DNA of 64,000 nucleotides from contig OZ316894.1 in the NCBI GenBank assembly GCA_973895155.1, forward strand, positions 10,757,874 to 10,821,873. Direction: 5' to 3'. This stretch comes from Marsupella aquatica (lineage: Eukaryota; Plantae; Marchantiophyta). A program made the position numbers and the translations under genes. Every line of letters starts with the position of its first letter. The stretch's first letter is position 1. Shown here in pieces: positions 26,313 to 39,695 of the stretch. The notes under the pieces were generated by a model. It worked only from the letters and a program-made list of their open reading frames with translations, had not been told where the DNA came from and did not search any database.

Positions 26313-26656
26313 TGTTGAGCATAGACGACAATTGTAACGACAAACCCATGAACCATCCAACGCACAAGAGTTGACACAGGGAGATACGTGGTTCACCTCA
26401 CATGAGACTACGTCCATGGGAACACACAAGAGCTTTACTGTACTCTAGGCCGACCGGCTATACCAAGCATCCACAGCACAAGCTCTCCATATCTCTCAAT
26501 TGACTTTGTAACAATGAGCCTGAGTTGCTACTCTCCAAGCAATCACCGCTTAGGTATAGTGTGTGCACAACATGACTAACCTAACCTAGTCTGCGACTAA
26601 GGTTAACCCTAACTAAGATATAGTCATAACTCTAGATCTAAGAGTAAATCCTAACA
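26313..26656 (-). mobile_element. Solo LTR (344 bp) of a copia family related to the element at 27715
   Basis: Reverse complement runs TGTTAGGATTTACTC...CGTCTATGCTCAACA, matching both ends of the copia LTR. Perfect 5-bp TSD ACTTG (26308-26312 / 26657-26661). Confidence 0.88.
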
Positions 26657-27714
26657 ACTTGTGGGTTGTAAGTAGTGAAGGGAGGGAGATGAACTTGCAG
26701 TGAAACTGAAAATTAACTTATATGGGAAAACTTATTGGAGCACCAAACCACTCCACAATTGAGAAGTACAACTGTGTCATTGGAAATTTCACTTGCAGCT
26801 CATCACGATGCCCTTATCTTGCTAGGGCTTGCTGGCAAATGATGCCAGCCCTTGCCCTGGATGTGACAAATGACTCACATTTTTCTAGAATTTAGCCCTA
26901 GTATACTTAGCAAGTCCCCTTTCTAGGTAGGTTTTTGGCAAAATTTTGCCCACCAAAAAATGGCTGGGTCCTCCCATTTATGGGTCCTGTCATTCAAAGT
27001 ATTTAGTGTGATTGACAATCTTGATGTACATGAATGCATAATGCCCTACTGTTTGGTTGACACTGATTGTGATTCATATGTTACCGATATACCAATTCTT
27101 GCCAATGACGATGCTAGAGTTTCTATTAGATGGATTTTGGATAAACTAACAGACTAGGGATGTTGTTGGGGTTGGCCATTGCCCAACCTTGAAATCAATA
27201 CAAGTGCGAGGTGTGAGTGGGGCTAAACATGAAACAAATTTTGGGTGTTGGTAGAGTAGCAAAGTGGAGCCAGGAAGTTGCGATGTTCGAATCAGGTCAG
27301 CTACAACTATTGTTTGACACAAACCCCACCCAAAAATGGAGTTCATTCACTCCTTTTGATAGGTATAAGAATTTGCGGTCGATTTGTTTGTGCGGGCAGC
27401 GGACAAACAGGGCTATTGACACTAAGTGTGCAAGGCTCATTAATGAGTCTTGTCGTGCGCATACACATCCCTACACAACACACGTTGCTTGTCACACACA
27501 TCTAAGCATAGTCACAATCTAACATCACAAACATAAGAGAATGGAGTACAAGTGAAACTCTTGTCCACACATGTCCAAAATCCACAATAATCTTCAAGAG
27601 CAATCAAAGAGGGGTTGGTACCAATCAAACACACGACTCCACCCGATGTGATCACAATCACACAAATGTCAACTAAACCAAATGCACCTTGTGCTTCAAG
27701 GAATCCACATTACG

Positions 27715-30700
27715 TGTTGGGTATTTACTCTTACGTCTAGGTTAGGTATGACGTGGTTGGTACAACAATGTGGGTTGGTACAACTACGTGGTTAGGTACA
27801 ACTACGTGATTAGGTACAACTATGTGGTTAGGTACAACTAAGTTGCACACTATATCATAAGAGGCATGTGTGTTTGGAGAGGTAGAACCAAGGCTCATTG
27901 TTATGGAGCCACTTGAGAGATAGGGAGAGCTTACACTGTGGAGACTCGGTATAGCCGACGGGCTTAGAGTTCAGTAAAGCTCTCTTGTGTGTTCCTGTGG
28001 ACGTAGCCTCAAGGAGGTGAACCACGTATTCCTTGTGTCGACTATTGTGCGTTGGATGGTTCATGGGCTTGCCGTTGCGATCATCGTTTATGCTCAACAA
28101 TTGGTATCAGAGCATGCTTGGGAGGTGACGTGTGTTCGTGACGGGATTTCTTGACGGTTTTTCCAGCGTTGAGTGTCGGTGGATTTCCCGGAGTTCCGTC
28201 GCATGGGACTTGGAGTTTATGGGCTCAACGGATAGATCGGGGCAAGAGCTTTCTAATGGTGTGAAGAAATCGCTGAACGGAGCTCGTGGTGCAGAGAGAT
28301 CTAAGTTTTCGTCGTTCTGGATTTTGTGAAGAAAGTTGGCAATTGACTCGGAGGGAGAAGCATCAAGTGTTTTTGACTCAACGGAGAGATTGAGGCAAGA
28401 CGATTGTTTTGAGTCCGGGATTGGCTCTTTGATGCAAAGAGGAAGGCTAAGCAAAATCAATTACCTTGTTGGACTTGGTGACGGCACCAAGTGCAATTGA
28501 TCAACATTCGTTGTTGACAAGGTACCATTTTTTCTCTTTGAAAAATTGATTCGAAATTGGCTATGGCAATTGAGAGAAATCTGTCATCTTTACCAATTTT
28601 CTCCCTCGTTCTTTCCTCATTTTGGGTGCTTCTTATATCGATCTTCACCGCCTCGGAGTCTAGTTTCCAAATTTGAAATCAGATCTTGATTTCGTCAAAA
28701 CCCGAGTGAGATATCTTGCGTTTGGTGTTGAGGGGTACATTCTGCCGTGTGTATTTTCTGCGCGCGCGACCAGATTTCGACGACGAAGGGTGGTAGGGGG
28801 TTTTGGGGGTTCGAGGACACGTGTCAGCCCCTCGATTGTTCTTCCAAAATTCCCACAGGGCCTGTAGAAGGGTTATAGAATATTCCAAAAAACCAGAGAG
28901 CTATTTTTTGACCGTCCGACAAAAATTTTGTCCGCCGAACGGTAACTTTTTTGGTTCTTTTTCGGCGAGGTCGTAGCCATTGAAGTTGGCAATGCGGCGC
29001 ACCAATCACATCACAATTCCGACAACGGGTTATACTTGGTATTTTGGTTATTCCCTGAGGTGGTCAAAACGGGGGAGTTTCCCAAGGTTTTACCCACCTC
29101 GACCAAAATTTGAAGAACTTTTCCGTCAAATTTTGATTTTGATTCGGTTTCAGTATTGGACTCCTAGCTTTGTGGGCTACGCGGCGGTGTTGAGTTTTGA
29201 GTTTTTTGAGAAGTTGTGAAAAACAACATTTTTTGTGATTTTCTCATATGAGTGATTCGGAGGAGTTTTTCAAAGACGTGGAACTTGAAGCACGAGGATC
29301 ACCCCGGCGGTTTCAGGGGCAGAGAGAGGAGCAGGAGGAAGAGCACGTGACACCGATACCATCACCGGTGCGGTGTGTGGTGGAGGAAGCAGTACTACTA
29401 CCGAAGCTCACGGTAGTGCCAAAGAAGAAGATGGGGACTTTCAAGCTTGGAGGACCCAAGTATGAAGTGACAAAGTATGATGGGCGCTCTGACTACTTGC
29501 TATGGGAGAAGCAAGTGAAGGGAGTGCTCTATGCGTCAGGGATGGGCCAACTGCTGAGCCCTCGTGAAGACGATGTTGATGAGAAACAATGAAACCGCAT
29601 GCAGGAGCAGGGAGTGTGGTGTGTTACACTCTATCTCATACCTCCCATCATCAAACAGTTGGGTGCACATAAGGATTGCATGTCCTTGTTTGCGGAATTG
29701 CAGAGCAAGTATCATCGCAAGGAGTTGTCGAACCGGCTCTACACTTCCTACAAACTGATGAGTTTCAGGATGAAAGAATCCGGTACGAAGTTGCAAGACC
29801 ATGTGGATGCTTTCAATGACATGGTCGTTGACTTGGAAAACCTTGGAGAGACTTTGAATGATGAGACGAAGGCTCTGCAGCTTCTTAGTTCATTGCCTCC
29901 ATCTTACCAGTCCCTATCACGAGTGTTGTTGCATCGTGATAGGGATACCATTTCATACAATGACGTGGTAAGTTCTCTGCTTAGTGATGATCTTCAATAG
30001 AAGATGCACATCACGTCACAGCCTTCATCATCTGGTGCTGCCCTCAATGTTAACCGTGGGAGGAGTATGCAGCGACCAACTGGGGACCGTAGAACCCAGT
30101 TTAGATCTAAATCCAGATCTAAGTCCAAGGGTAAATCCCCTCAGAGGAGGCAGGTGACATGTTGGAAGTGCAACCAAGTTGGACACTCCAAGCGAGACTG
30201 TAAGGGAAAGGCAGCGGAAACTTCATCGGCAAATGTGGCTAGGGCTGATGGAGAAGCTGATTTACTCAATGATGAGTATGTTTTATGAAGTCGGGGGTAT
30301 GCCCTGTGCACGTCATCTAGGAGAGCAGATGATGTGTGGATTATTGATTGTGCTTGCTCTTTTCATATTTGTTACATTCCTGAGTTTTTCAGTTCTTACT
30401 CTGTTTCAAACGGTTTAGTTCTGATGGAAAATGATCACTCCTGTCAAATTGAGGGAATTGGGTCTGTGAAGATTCAAATGTTTGATGGCGCTGTGCGCAC
30501 AGTGTCCGGAGTCAGGTATGTACCTGGCATGCGTAAGAATCTGATTTCACTCGGTGTGTTGGATTCAAATGGTCATCAATGGAGCATTATTGATGGTGAA
30601 CTTCAAGTCAGGTCGGGAGAGACAATGATTTTGAAGGGGAGTAGACAAAAGAATTTGTATGTGTTACAGGGCAATACTGTATGTGGAGAGGCCAATATAA

Positions 30701-33700
30701 CCAAGTCTCACGAGGAGATGACTCAACTGTGGCATTCACGGCTAGGCCACATGAGTGAGAAGGGTTTGGCTATCTTACGGAAGAATGGACTCATTTCTGA
30801 TTTGCAATCTTGCAAATTAGAGTTCTGTGAGCATTACATTCTTGGAAAGCAGCATCGTCGTGCTTTTGGTGTTGGAACTCATCGTTCCAAAGCGGTTCTT
30901 GAGTACATACATAGTGACGTGTGGGGATCATCCCTGACTCCCTCACACTCTGGAAAGTTGTACTATGTATCATTTATTGATGATTACTCAAGATTTATGT
31001 GGATTTATTTCATGACGCACAAGTCTGATGTCTTGTCCATTTTTAAGAAGTGGAAGGCCCAGGTGGAGAATCAGATTGGAAACACGATCAAGTGTTTGGA
31101 TACAAGGGTGAAGAGTCTGAGGTCAGACAACGGCGGGGAGTACACTTCAATGGAATTTGAAGAGTACTGTTCAGAACAGGGGATAACTCGCCATCTCACC
31201 ATAGTTTATACTCCGCAGCAGAATGGTGTCATTGAGAGGCTCAATCGGACATTGTTGGAGCGGTTACGGAGTATATTGAGCCAATCAGGTTTACCACAAG
31301 AATTTTGGGCAGAAGCTGTCAATACCGCAGCTTATTTGGTAAATATTTCTCCTTCTAGTGCTATCAATTTCAAAACGTCGTTTGAGATGCGCTATAAGCG
31401 GCAAGCAGACTATCATGGCTTGGTAGTTTTTGGAAGTGATGCATATGCTCTCACACCGAAGCAGAATAGGACCAAGTTGGATCCTACCTCCAAGAAATGT
31501 GTTTTTCTTGGGTACCAGAGTGGTGTGAAAGCCTATAGGCTATGGGATCCTATTGCCTGTAAGCTCGTTGTCAGTAGGGATGTTTCCTTCAATGAATCCA
31601 GATTATTGAAGGAGGGGGAGAATACTCAGGTCTCCCGTACTGACAAAGGAAAATCTCATATCTTGGATCTCGTTGAGGGGGAGATTGGTTATGAGGTGCA
31701 TGACCGGAGAGAAGGAGTTGCTCCAATTATGGAGCAGGTTCTTGTGCTAGAGGAACCAGAGGAGTTTGTTGATGCTGGTGAGCAGCAAGTGGATGCTGTT
31801 GAGCTTCAAATTGTACCAGCACATGCAGATCAACCGGAGTCATCGGCTAGAAGAGCATCTGGTCGCACTGTACGCGCTCCACCAAGGTATGGACAGTGGG
31901 TTGATTCATCTCAACTGCAAGAGGATGATTTTGCAGCTGATGATGAGGGTGATGCGTTAATTTTGGAAGAAGGGGAACCTTCTTCATTTCATGAGGCAAG
32001 TGCTTCAAAGGAGAAGCAGAAGTGGACTGCAGCAATGCAAACGGAGATGCAGTCACTACAGGACAACAAAACTTGGGAGCTTGTTAAGCTGCCTAAGGGT
32101 CAGCAAGTGGTGGACAGCAAGTGGATTTACAAGCTGAAGGATAATCCCATAGGAGGTGGATCGAAGGTCTACAAGGCTAGGTTGGTAGCAAAGGGATTCA
32201 CACAAGAGAAAGGTGTGGATTACAATGAGGTCTTCTCACCAGTTGCTAAGTACTCTACAATACGACTATTGTGTGTACTTGTTGTAATGTTTGGTCTGCT
32301 GCTAGATCAGATGGATGTTGTCACAACTTTCCTCTATGGCATATTGGAAGAGGTGATCTTCATGAGACAACCGCTAGGTTTTGTGAAGAGAGGACAGGAG
32401 GAATTGGTTTGCAGATTGCTGAAATCCTTGTATGGGTTGAAGCAGTCACCAAGACAGTGGAATAAGCGGTTTGACGATTGGATTCGGTCACAAGGTTTTC
32501 ATAGAAGTGTATTTGACCCTTGTGTGTATTTGAAACCGGTGAAGAATGTTGTCTTTGGGTTCATTGTTTTAGTACTTTATGTGGATGACATGCTAATTGC
32601 AGCCAAGGATAGGTCTGAGATTGTTAAGCTCAAGACACTGCTTAGTGCAGAGTTTAAGATGAAGGACTTAGGGCCAGCTAAGAGGATTTTGGGTATGGAG
32701 ATCACTAGGGACTTGGAGGCTGGCAAGCTATGGTTGACGTAGAGCAGTTATGCGAGGAAGGTAATTGCAAGGTTCAACATGGGGAATAGCAAGCCAGTAA
32801 GTACCCCGTTGGCTCCACACTTCAAGTTATCATCAGCGTTCTGTCCTACGAATGACACAGAGAAGGGGTTGATGTCAAAGGTTCCGTATGACAAGGCAGT
32901 GAGGAGTCTCATGTATTTGATGACTTGCACTAGACCTGATCTTGCCATGGCTATGGGCAAGGTGAGCAGGTACATGTCGAATCCAGGGAAGGTACACTGG
33001 GAAGCAGTGAAGTGGATTTTCAGGTACTTGAAGGGTACCGTGGATCATGGTCTTTTATTTGATGCGACTGCAAAGAATGCTAGATCATTGATTGGCTATG
33101 TAGATTCTGACTATGGACAAGATTTGGACCGAAGGAGATCAACAACAGGATACGTGTTCACACTTGGCGGTGGATGCATAAGTTGGAGGTCTACTTTGCA
33201 GAAGTGTATTGCTCAGTCTACTACAGAAGCGGAGTATGTTGCAGCTGCGAAAGCAGCAAAGGAAGCGATTTGGTGGATAGACTTATCACTGAAATGGGAT
33301 TGCCACAGGGGAATGTGAAGCTCCATTGTGATAGTCAAAGTCCGCTCCACCTTGCTGTGAACCAAGTGATGGACAGCAGAGTGAAGCACATTGACGTCAG
33401 GTACCATTTTATCAGGCAGGCTGTGTCTGATAATTTGTTTGAGCTAGTCAAGATTGATGGTAAACTCAACCCGGCTGACGCATTTACCAAAGTGATTCCT
33501 TTGGAGAGTTTCTCTAGACATCGTGACGTATTGCAGGTTTTGCAATTGCATCACAAGTAGAGTTTTCTTAACATTCATTTAATTACTGATATATGCTCTT
33601 CCTCATTCCTATGTATTAGGCTACGGCTTAGTTCTGGTTTGCTCTAGTTAGAGAGGGAAACCGGTTTGGTTTTTGTCCAGAACTTCCCGCTGAGGGATCA

Positions 33701-34134
33701 TATACATTGGCAGTATTACTCTCCCCTAGACCAGAGTCAAGGGGAAGATTGTTGGGTATTTACTCTTACGTCTAGGTTAGGTATGACGTGGTTGGTACAA
33801 CAACGTGGGTTGGTACAACTACGTGGTTAGGTACAACTACGTGATTAGGTACAACTATGTGGTTAGGTACAACTAAGTTGCACACTATATCATAAGAGGC
33901 ATGTGTGCTTGGAGAGGTAGAACCAAGGCTCATTGTTATGGAGCCACTTGAGAGATAGGGAGAGCTTACACTGTGGAGACTCGGTATAGCCGACGGGCTT
34001 AGAGTTCAGTAAAGCTCTCTTGTGTGTTCCTGTGGACGTAGCCTCAAGGAGGTGAACCACATATCTCTTGTGTCGACTATTGTGCGTTGGATGGTTCATG
34101 GGCTTGCCGTTGCGATCGTCGTCTATGCTCAACA
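27715..34134 (+). mobile_element. Full-length but defective Ty1/copia LTR retrotransposon
   Basis: 5' LTR 27715-28099 and 3' LTR 33750-34134 (385 bp, TG...CA, 7 mismatches by manual count). PBS TGGTATCAGAGC (tRNA-iMet) at 28102-28113; PPT before 33750; TSD TTACG (27710-27714 / 34135-34139). Confidence 0.97.
29248..33560 (+). pseudogene. Copia gag-pol polyprotein (gag-CCHC, protease, integrase, RT, RNase H), interrupted
   Basis: CWKCNQVGHSKRDC knuckle; WIIDCACSFH protease site; WHSRLGH and SDVWG/SDNGGEY/PQQNG integrase; KARLVAKG, LYGLKQSPRQW, LYVDDML RT; SSTTEAEY-like and KHIDVRYHF RNase H. In-frame stops at 29590-92, 29998-30000, 30286-88 and 32740-42, and a frameshift near 33270. Confidence 0.95.
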
Positions 34135-34749
34135 TTACGTACACACAACTTAGACAACCACACCATAGCCGCTAGAGCTTGTGCTCGAAAGGTTCTTCAA
34201 AAGATGAGACCTTTCAGTCTACACAAGGGAGAACTATCCCTCACAAACATACACTAACCCTAAAATACTTAGAAACACACATATGAAAGCATCAAACCTA
34301 CATAGTCCAATACACTATATAGTACCACTCATAATGGTGTGACAGCCTCAATACTATCCTTGGTGCTGAATTTCAATGTTGTTTGTTAAGCATGTTGCCC
34401 GTTAGGGCATCTCAAAGCTGGGCCATATTAAGCAAAATTATAGTCCATATTAAAACTAGGCCTTCTTGGTCACCCGCCACCCCAAATGTAGGAGTTGTTG
34501 CACATCAGGCCTGAAGCCCACGTGCCTTCAATTGCAAAATTGCAAATTGCTGAATTGCAAATTTTTGGATTTACACCTAAGTTTACAGGTTATTATTAGG
34601 TAAATCGCGTTCCTTACGGGACCTAAAGATTGATTTTGAGATGTCAAGTTTTGAGACACTCTCTTGCATACAGAAGGTGAAGACATGAGGGGGTATGTCT
34701 TTTTCACATGTCCAAATGCTACTGACGTGTGTGGATCCATAGCAGGATC

Positions 34750-34940
34750 CATAGATCAAAGTACAGAGTTTGGTTGGAGAGTATTCGTACCAACCAGCAT
34801 AACCGGTGGAAGCAATCTTCATTATGGCATGTGAGGTTTTGAGTTCAAGGTTCATTACCTGAACAACTTTTCCATAACCCCCACTTGCAACTAAAGGCAA
34901 CTCCGAGGCTCATATTGAGCTTCTGTACTTAGCTCCATAA
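34750..34940 (-). pseudogene. Protein-kinase N-lobe-like fragment
   Basis: 'LVASGGYGKVVQV...SHAIMKI' resembles kinase subdomains I-II (Gly-rich loop and invariant Lys). No catalytic loop or DFG motif seen. Confidence 0.4.
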
Positions 34941-35060
34941 ACCCGCATTTGCGACAAAAGACAACTTAAGGCTCATAATACTTAGCTGCTGCCCGTGCTG
35001 GCTGTCCACCATCTCAGATTTTTTCCAAGTATGACTAGAGTATGAATAAACCTTACTTTT

Positions 35061-38000
35061 TTTTCTTCTTTTTTTAAATATCGTTTATTCCGCGTGAACC
35101 CCACGGATGGGGGGACCCAGCAGGCCCAAAGGCAAAAGAGGCCATAAAAGGCATAAAAAAGTAGTTACAGTGAATTCAGGAATCCAAAGAGAACTACCAG
35201 CTGCAAAACGGACTCCCGTGTGGGACAAGAGAGTAAAAAGCCAAGTGTATGCAAGCAGGTCTAAATCATCAGAATCATGACAACAGATCCTAATACACCT
35301 AAGTCAGAGAGTAGGGTCCTAAAACGGTATCTATCAGAATGATACCAGCCTAACTACTCTACATCGCATAATTCTATTGCGCTTAGGCTCCAACAGGACC
35401 CTGGCACCAATCAACCTGGCAAGTTTGCAAGCAGAGCTTGAAGCAGCAGCTACAGTCGAGAGATGGTCAAGAACCTCAGAATGGACAAGCACTTGATCAA
35501 AGACTCTTCTCTTTGATAGATCAAAAGTCTGGCCGTTTCGTGCAAGCCAAATGGTCCAAAGCACCTGATACAAAACAAAGAAATGGAGGATATCTATAGT
35601 TGACCTCCTATCAGAACTCAATATCAGTTCTACCAAGTCCAAGGTACGATGAAAAAGTTGACCTGCTAACCATCCATGAGCCTCAGCCCAGCAGCCTTGT
35701 GCATGCCGACAGAAAGAAAATATATGAGGAATAGTCTCTAGCACATCAGGGCATAGAATACAAAATCCTGAAGACTTCCCAATCTTTCGCGCTTTGGCAC
35801 CAGAGGAGAGTCCCTGTGCAAGGATCCTCCAAAGAAACACCTTAGCCCAGGTGACAGGTCTGAAGTCCACACGGTTTTCCAGACCACCTCCCACTTAGAC
35901 ACCGGATAGCACTTCCCCCAGATTCGATTGAGTCTCTCAAAATCAGACCCTTTTGGTCTAAGCATCTCATATATCCTCTGATTTTGCAGCCCAAATTGTT
36001 TGATCCCCGTCTCACGATCCAGCCATCTCCACATCCCTGCACCAGACTCTGCTCCATCTCCAATGATAACCAGATCTTGAAGAACACAAAAGAAAAGTAA
36101 GCATAAGGTCAAACCAGCAGACTTAGTGAGACCCCGTAGTCGTTGAATCCGCTCTTCAGTGATTGTCCAGTTATTCCTCACACATGACCAGGAATCCCCA
36201 ATCTTCCTGATCCCCAGGCGACCAAAAGCACGTGTGGTCTCAAGGATGCTCTGCTCCGGCAGATCGTAGAAATCTCTCATACAACGTAAGGTATCCTCAA
36301 TACTCCAACGGCCAGGAATGTACCCCCTATCAGGACAGAAGATGAGGTTCTCCCGGATCATCTCCCAGGTCTTCCATAACTGCCCAGTATATACGAGCCT
36401 TCCAAAGGTACGAGGTGTACAGAGCAATAGTTTATCTATCATCGAGTAGAAATTCCTCCGGACCGTTTTATAATTCCTCCATCTGGTCAGTCGAAGATTT
36501 TCTGCAAAAAGCTGAGCCCATTCAGTCTTAGGGTAATCTAGAGCACCTGTAAACCATTTGCAAAGGAGAGCATCAGAATGGCTCTGGAAATCCTTCAGGC
36601 CAAGACCACCTTCAAGCTTAGGTCGAGCAAGCTTGTCCCAGGCCACCAGCGGAATTCATTTCCCACCTAAACGATTTGATCCCCAGAGAAAAACCCGGTT
36701 GAGAAGAGTAAGTTTCTTAGTCAAAATGTGGGGAGAACGTAGGATCATCATGTGATAGATGGGGATAGCCTGAAGGACATGCTTCACCAGCAATAAACGT
36801 CCAGTGAAAGAAAGAAAACAAGTGGACCACAAGGAGAGACTTGCTCCAATGCGGTCCAGACAGAAACCATGAAGCTGAGATTCCGATAGGTCAATCCCAA
36901 AAGGGGCCCCCAGGTATCGCTGCACCTCCCCAGGGCCGCTAACTTTGCAGCCAGTATTCCTCAACCAAGCAGGGATCTCCTCCATCGCAATTGGAATAAT
37001 AATTGACTTCTTAAGGTTGAGCTTAGTCCCTGTGGCACACTCATAGCAATTGATTGCTCCTCTAGTCTGATTGAAAGCCTCTTCAGTAGCAGGAATGAAT
37101 AAACCTAAATCATCAGCAAAAAATCGATCAAAAATATTCAGAGAAGATGAAACTTGAATCCCCTGAAGCCTGTCGGCAGCGATTTGAGCATGGCAGTAAT
37201 CCATAAAAGGTTGTGTTGATAGGGCAAAGAGTAAAGGCGAGAGGGGGCAACCTTGTCTGACCCCCCTCCCCATATGAATATCCGCTGTCCACAAGCCATT
37301 AACCAAAACCTTAGAGCAAGAATTACTCAACAATGCTTTAACCAGAAAAATAAAATGAGAGCCAAGGCCTAGTAGATGCATTGTTTCCCAGATATAGGAA
37401 TGGTCAACGCGGTCGAAAGCCTTCTCAAAATCCAGCAGCAGAAAGAGTGCCGGCTGCAATGTAAAGTTTAGCCAGTCATGCATCAGCCAAGCCAGGGAGA
37501 TGTTTTCTAAAATCTGTCTACCAGGAATAAAACCAGTCACTTGAGGACTAATCATCCTGGGTAGCAGCACCTTAAGTCGAAGCGCTAGTAGCTTAGCAAT
37601 TAGCTAATAGGTAATGGTTAGCATGGTCAGAGGTCTCCAATCCCTCAGGTAGCGATTATCCATTTTCTTGGGTATGAAGCGGATAACACCATCTCGGATA
37701 CCATAGGAAATGTGGCCGGTTCTCCAAAAGTCACAGATCATAGAAAAGAGGTCCTCCTTCATAAAATCCCAACAGGATCTCAACACCTCAGCCGTTATCC
37801 CATCAATTCTTGGAGCTTTATCTCCAGGCAGCAGCAACAGGGTGTCGTGTAGCTCCTTGATAGTCGGGAGCTCTTCCAATTTTTGAATCTCAGGCGCAGA
37901 TAGAGTTTCTACATAGACGTCTACGTGCCTCCAGTCGCTCCAACCGCTCTCCAACATTCAGATCTGGAGTTGAATATAAAACCTAGCAGAAACGTTCAAC

Positions 38001-38644
38001 TTCTTGAACCAAAGCCTTTTCATCTCGAATCTCTTCACCGTCATCATCAATTAGGTACTCCATGTGGTCTCTTTGTCGTTTTGCCTTTACCATTGAGAAG
38101 TAAAACTTAGAGGGCTCCTCCCCTTGGCCCAGCCAACTAACCCTAGCAGTCAGCGCTTGTGATGGGCATCATCCAGCTCCATATCACGAACACATTGGTC
38201 AGTAAATTCAAATTCTTGTACATTGTCAGAGGAAAACTCATCCAAGATCAGGATCTTTAATAACCTGAGCTTATTTTTCATCAATGTCAACTCCTCCTCA
38301 CGAGGCATGGGTGAGGATTGGATCGCCATGTAGCATCGACGGAGACGTTGGTAGGCCTTGGCAAATCTTAAATGAGGATCCACAGAGCTTTCTTCATCGC
38401 CTCTCCAGGCTTCAGCCAACATTTCTAGATTCCCTGAGCCTCTGAGTATAGCAGGATTCGCTTTAAAGTAAGTAGATCTTTTGACATTTGAGTTGGTCAA
38501 GAGTTGAGGATTTAAGCAAAAGGGAAACAGCACAGGATCGTGGTCAGATAGCGCTGAGGAGCCATCATGTTGTAGCTCAAGTACCTCCTCCATCCACTGG
38601 CCCTTTTCACTGAGATAGAAACGATCAAGTCGTGATTGAACAAG
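35061..38644 (-). mobile_element. 5'-truncated L1-type LINE (ORF2: end of endonuclease, RT, zf-RVT), defective
   Basis: QSRLDRF and SDHDPV (APE end); KAPRIDG, WRPLTML, LDFEKAFDRVDH, RQGCPLSP, FADD, RYLG, GGLG; C-terminal CxxC..E.IPHIF..C. AATAAA plus A-rich tail at the low-coordinate end; TSD CCTTACTTTT at 35051-35060 and 38645-38654. Several stops and frameshifts. Confidence 0.93.
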
Positions 38645-39074
38645 CCTTACTTTTGGGTGAGATGAATGTCAAAAGGGGCTTGCGTCACCAGGTGTTGGTC
38701 TAGAGACCTGTCCCTTCCGATTGACTTGCTCTACCACTCAGCTTGGGGGCAGCTGATAACCACAGAGATTTGCACCTAGTATATTACTTTTGATACAAGT
38801 GTCAACACAGGCAGGGAACGAGCAGCTAACCCTTGGTTTGGGCTACTCAATTCTAATTTGCATTGATTAGCCTTGCTCTTAACCCTCATCATCAATTAAA
38901 CCCCCACCCCGAAGTGCTTTAGACATTGTAATGCTACTATACTCGAGGGAGATTTAGAAAAGAATTGAAATTAAAGCTATGTTAACCTCTAGTGAAAGAC
39001 TCTAATGCTCTTCCAGGAAAGTTCCTAAGTCTTTCCTTTGAACCAATAAAATGACTATGTTTTGTCGCACATTT

Positions 39075-39695
39075 TTCCTTAACATCTTTACCTTGCCTTG
39101 ACATATTTTTCTCACATTGACATTTTTATATCACTGCAATATGTTTTTCTCAACCTTAACATCTTTTCTCTCCTCAACCTCTTTTGTCACTTGGTTTGAT
39201 ATCTTTTCTTCACCTTGATATCTTTTCTCACCTTGATATCTTATCTTTCTCTCATCTCGCTATCTTTTCTCACCTTGAAATCTTTATCTCACCGCAACAT
39301 CTTTTCCTCACCCTAAACATCTTTTCCCTCCTTGACATCTTTTCCTCATCTTTACATCTTTTCCTCACTTGACATGTTTTTCTCTCTTCAAGATTTTTTC
39401 TCAATTGATTTGACATTTTTTCTTCACCTCAACATCTTTTTTCACTTGAACATCTTATCTTTTTCTCATCTCATCTTTGTTTTCTCACCTTGACATCTTT
39501 ATCTCATCAGAACATCTTTTCTCATCCTTAACATCGTTTCTCTCCTTGACATCTTTTACTCATCTTTACATCTTTTCTCACATAGTCCTCTTTTAGTTTT
39601 TCAACATCTTTTATCCACCTTTGTCTCTCATCTAAATCTCTTTTCATCTCAACATCTTTTTCTCACCTCAACATCTTTTCTCATCTCAACATCTT
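39075..39695. repeat. Degenerate pyrimidine-rich tandem array (~18-bp ACATCTTTTCTCACCTTG-like unit)
   Basis: Many imperfect copies of 'acatcttttctca'. A shorter, oppositely oriented relative (AAAGATGTC) lies at ~8935-9130. Confidence 0.8.

Larger units (their letters stand above)
27451..34344. mobile_element. Solo LTR of a second family, split by the copia insertion (27451-27714 + 34140-34344)
   Basis: The two flanks join into a TGTC...GTGACA unit colinear with the uninterrupted copy at 62026-62491. Flanked by GTCT/GCCT (4-bp TSD with one transition). Confidence 0.75.
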
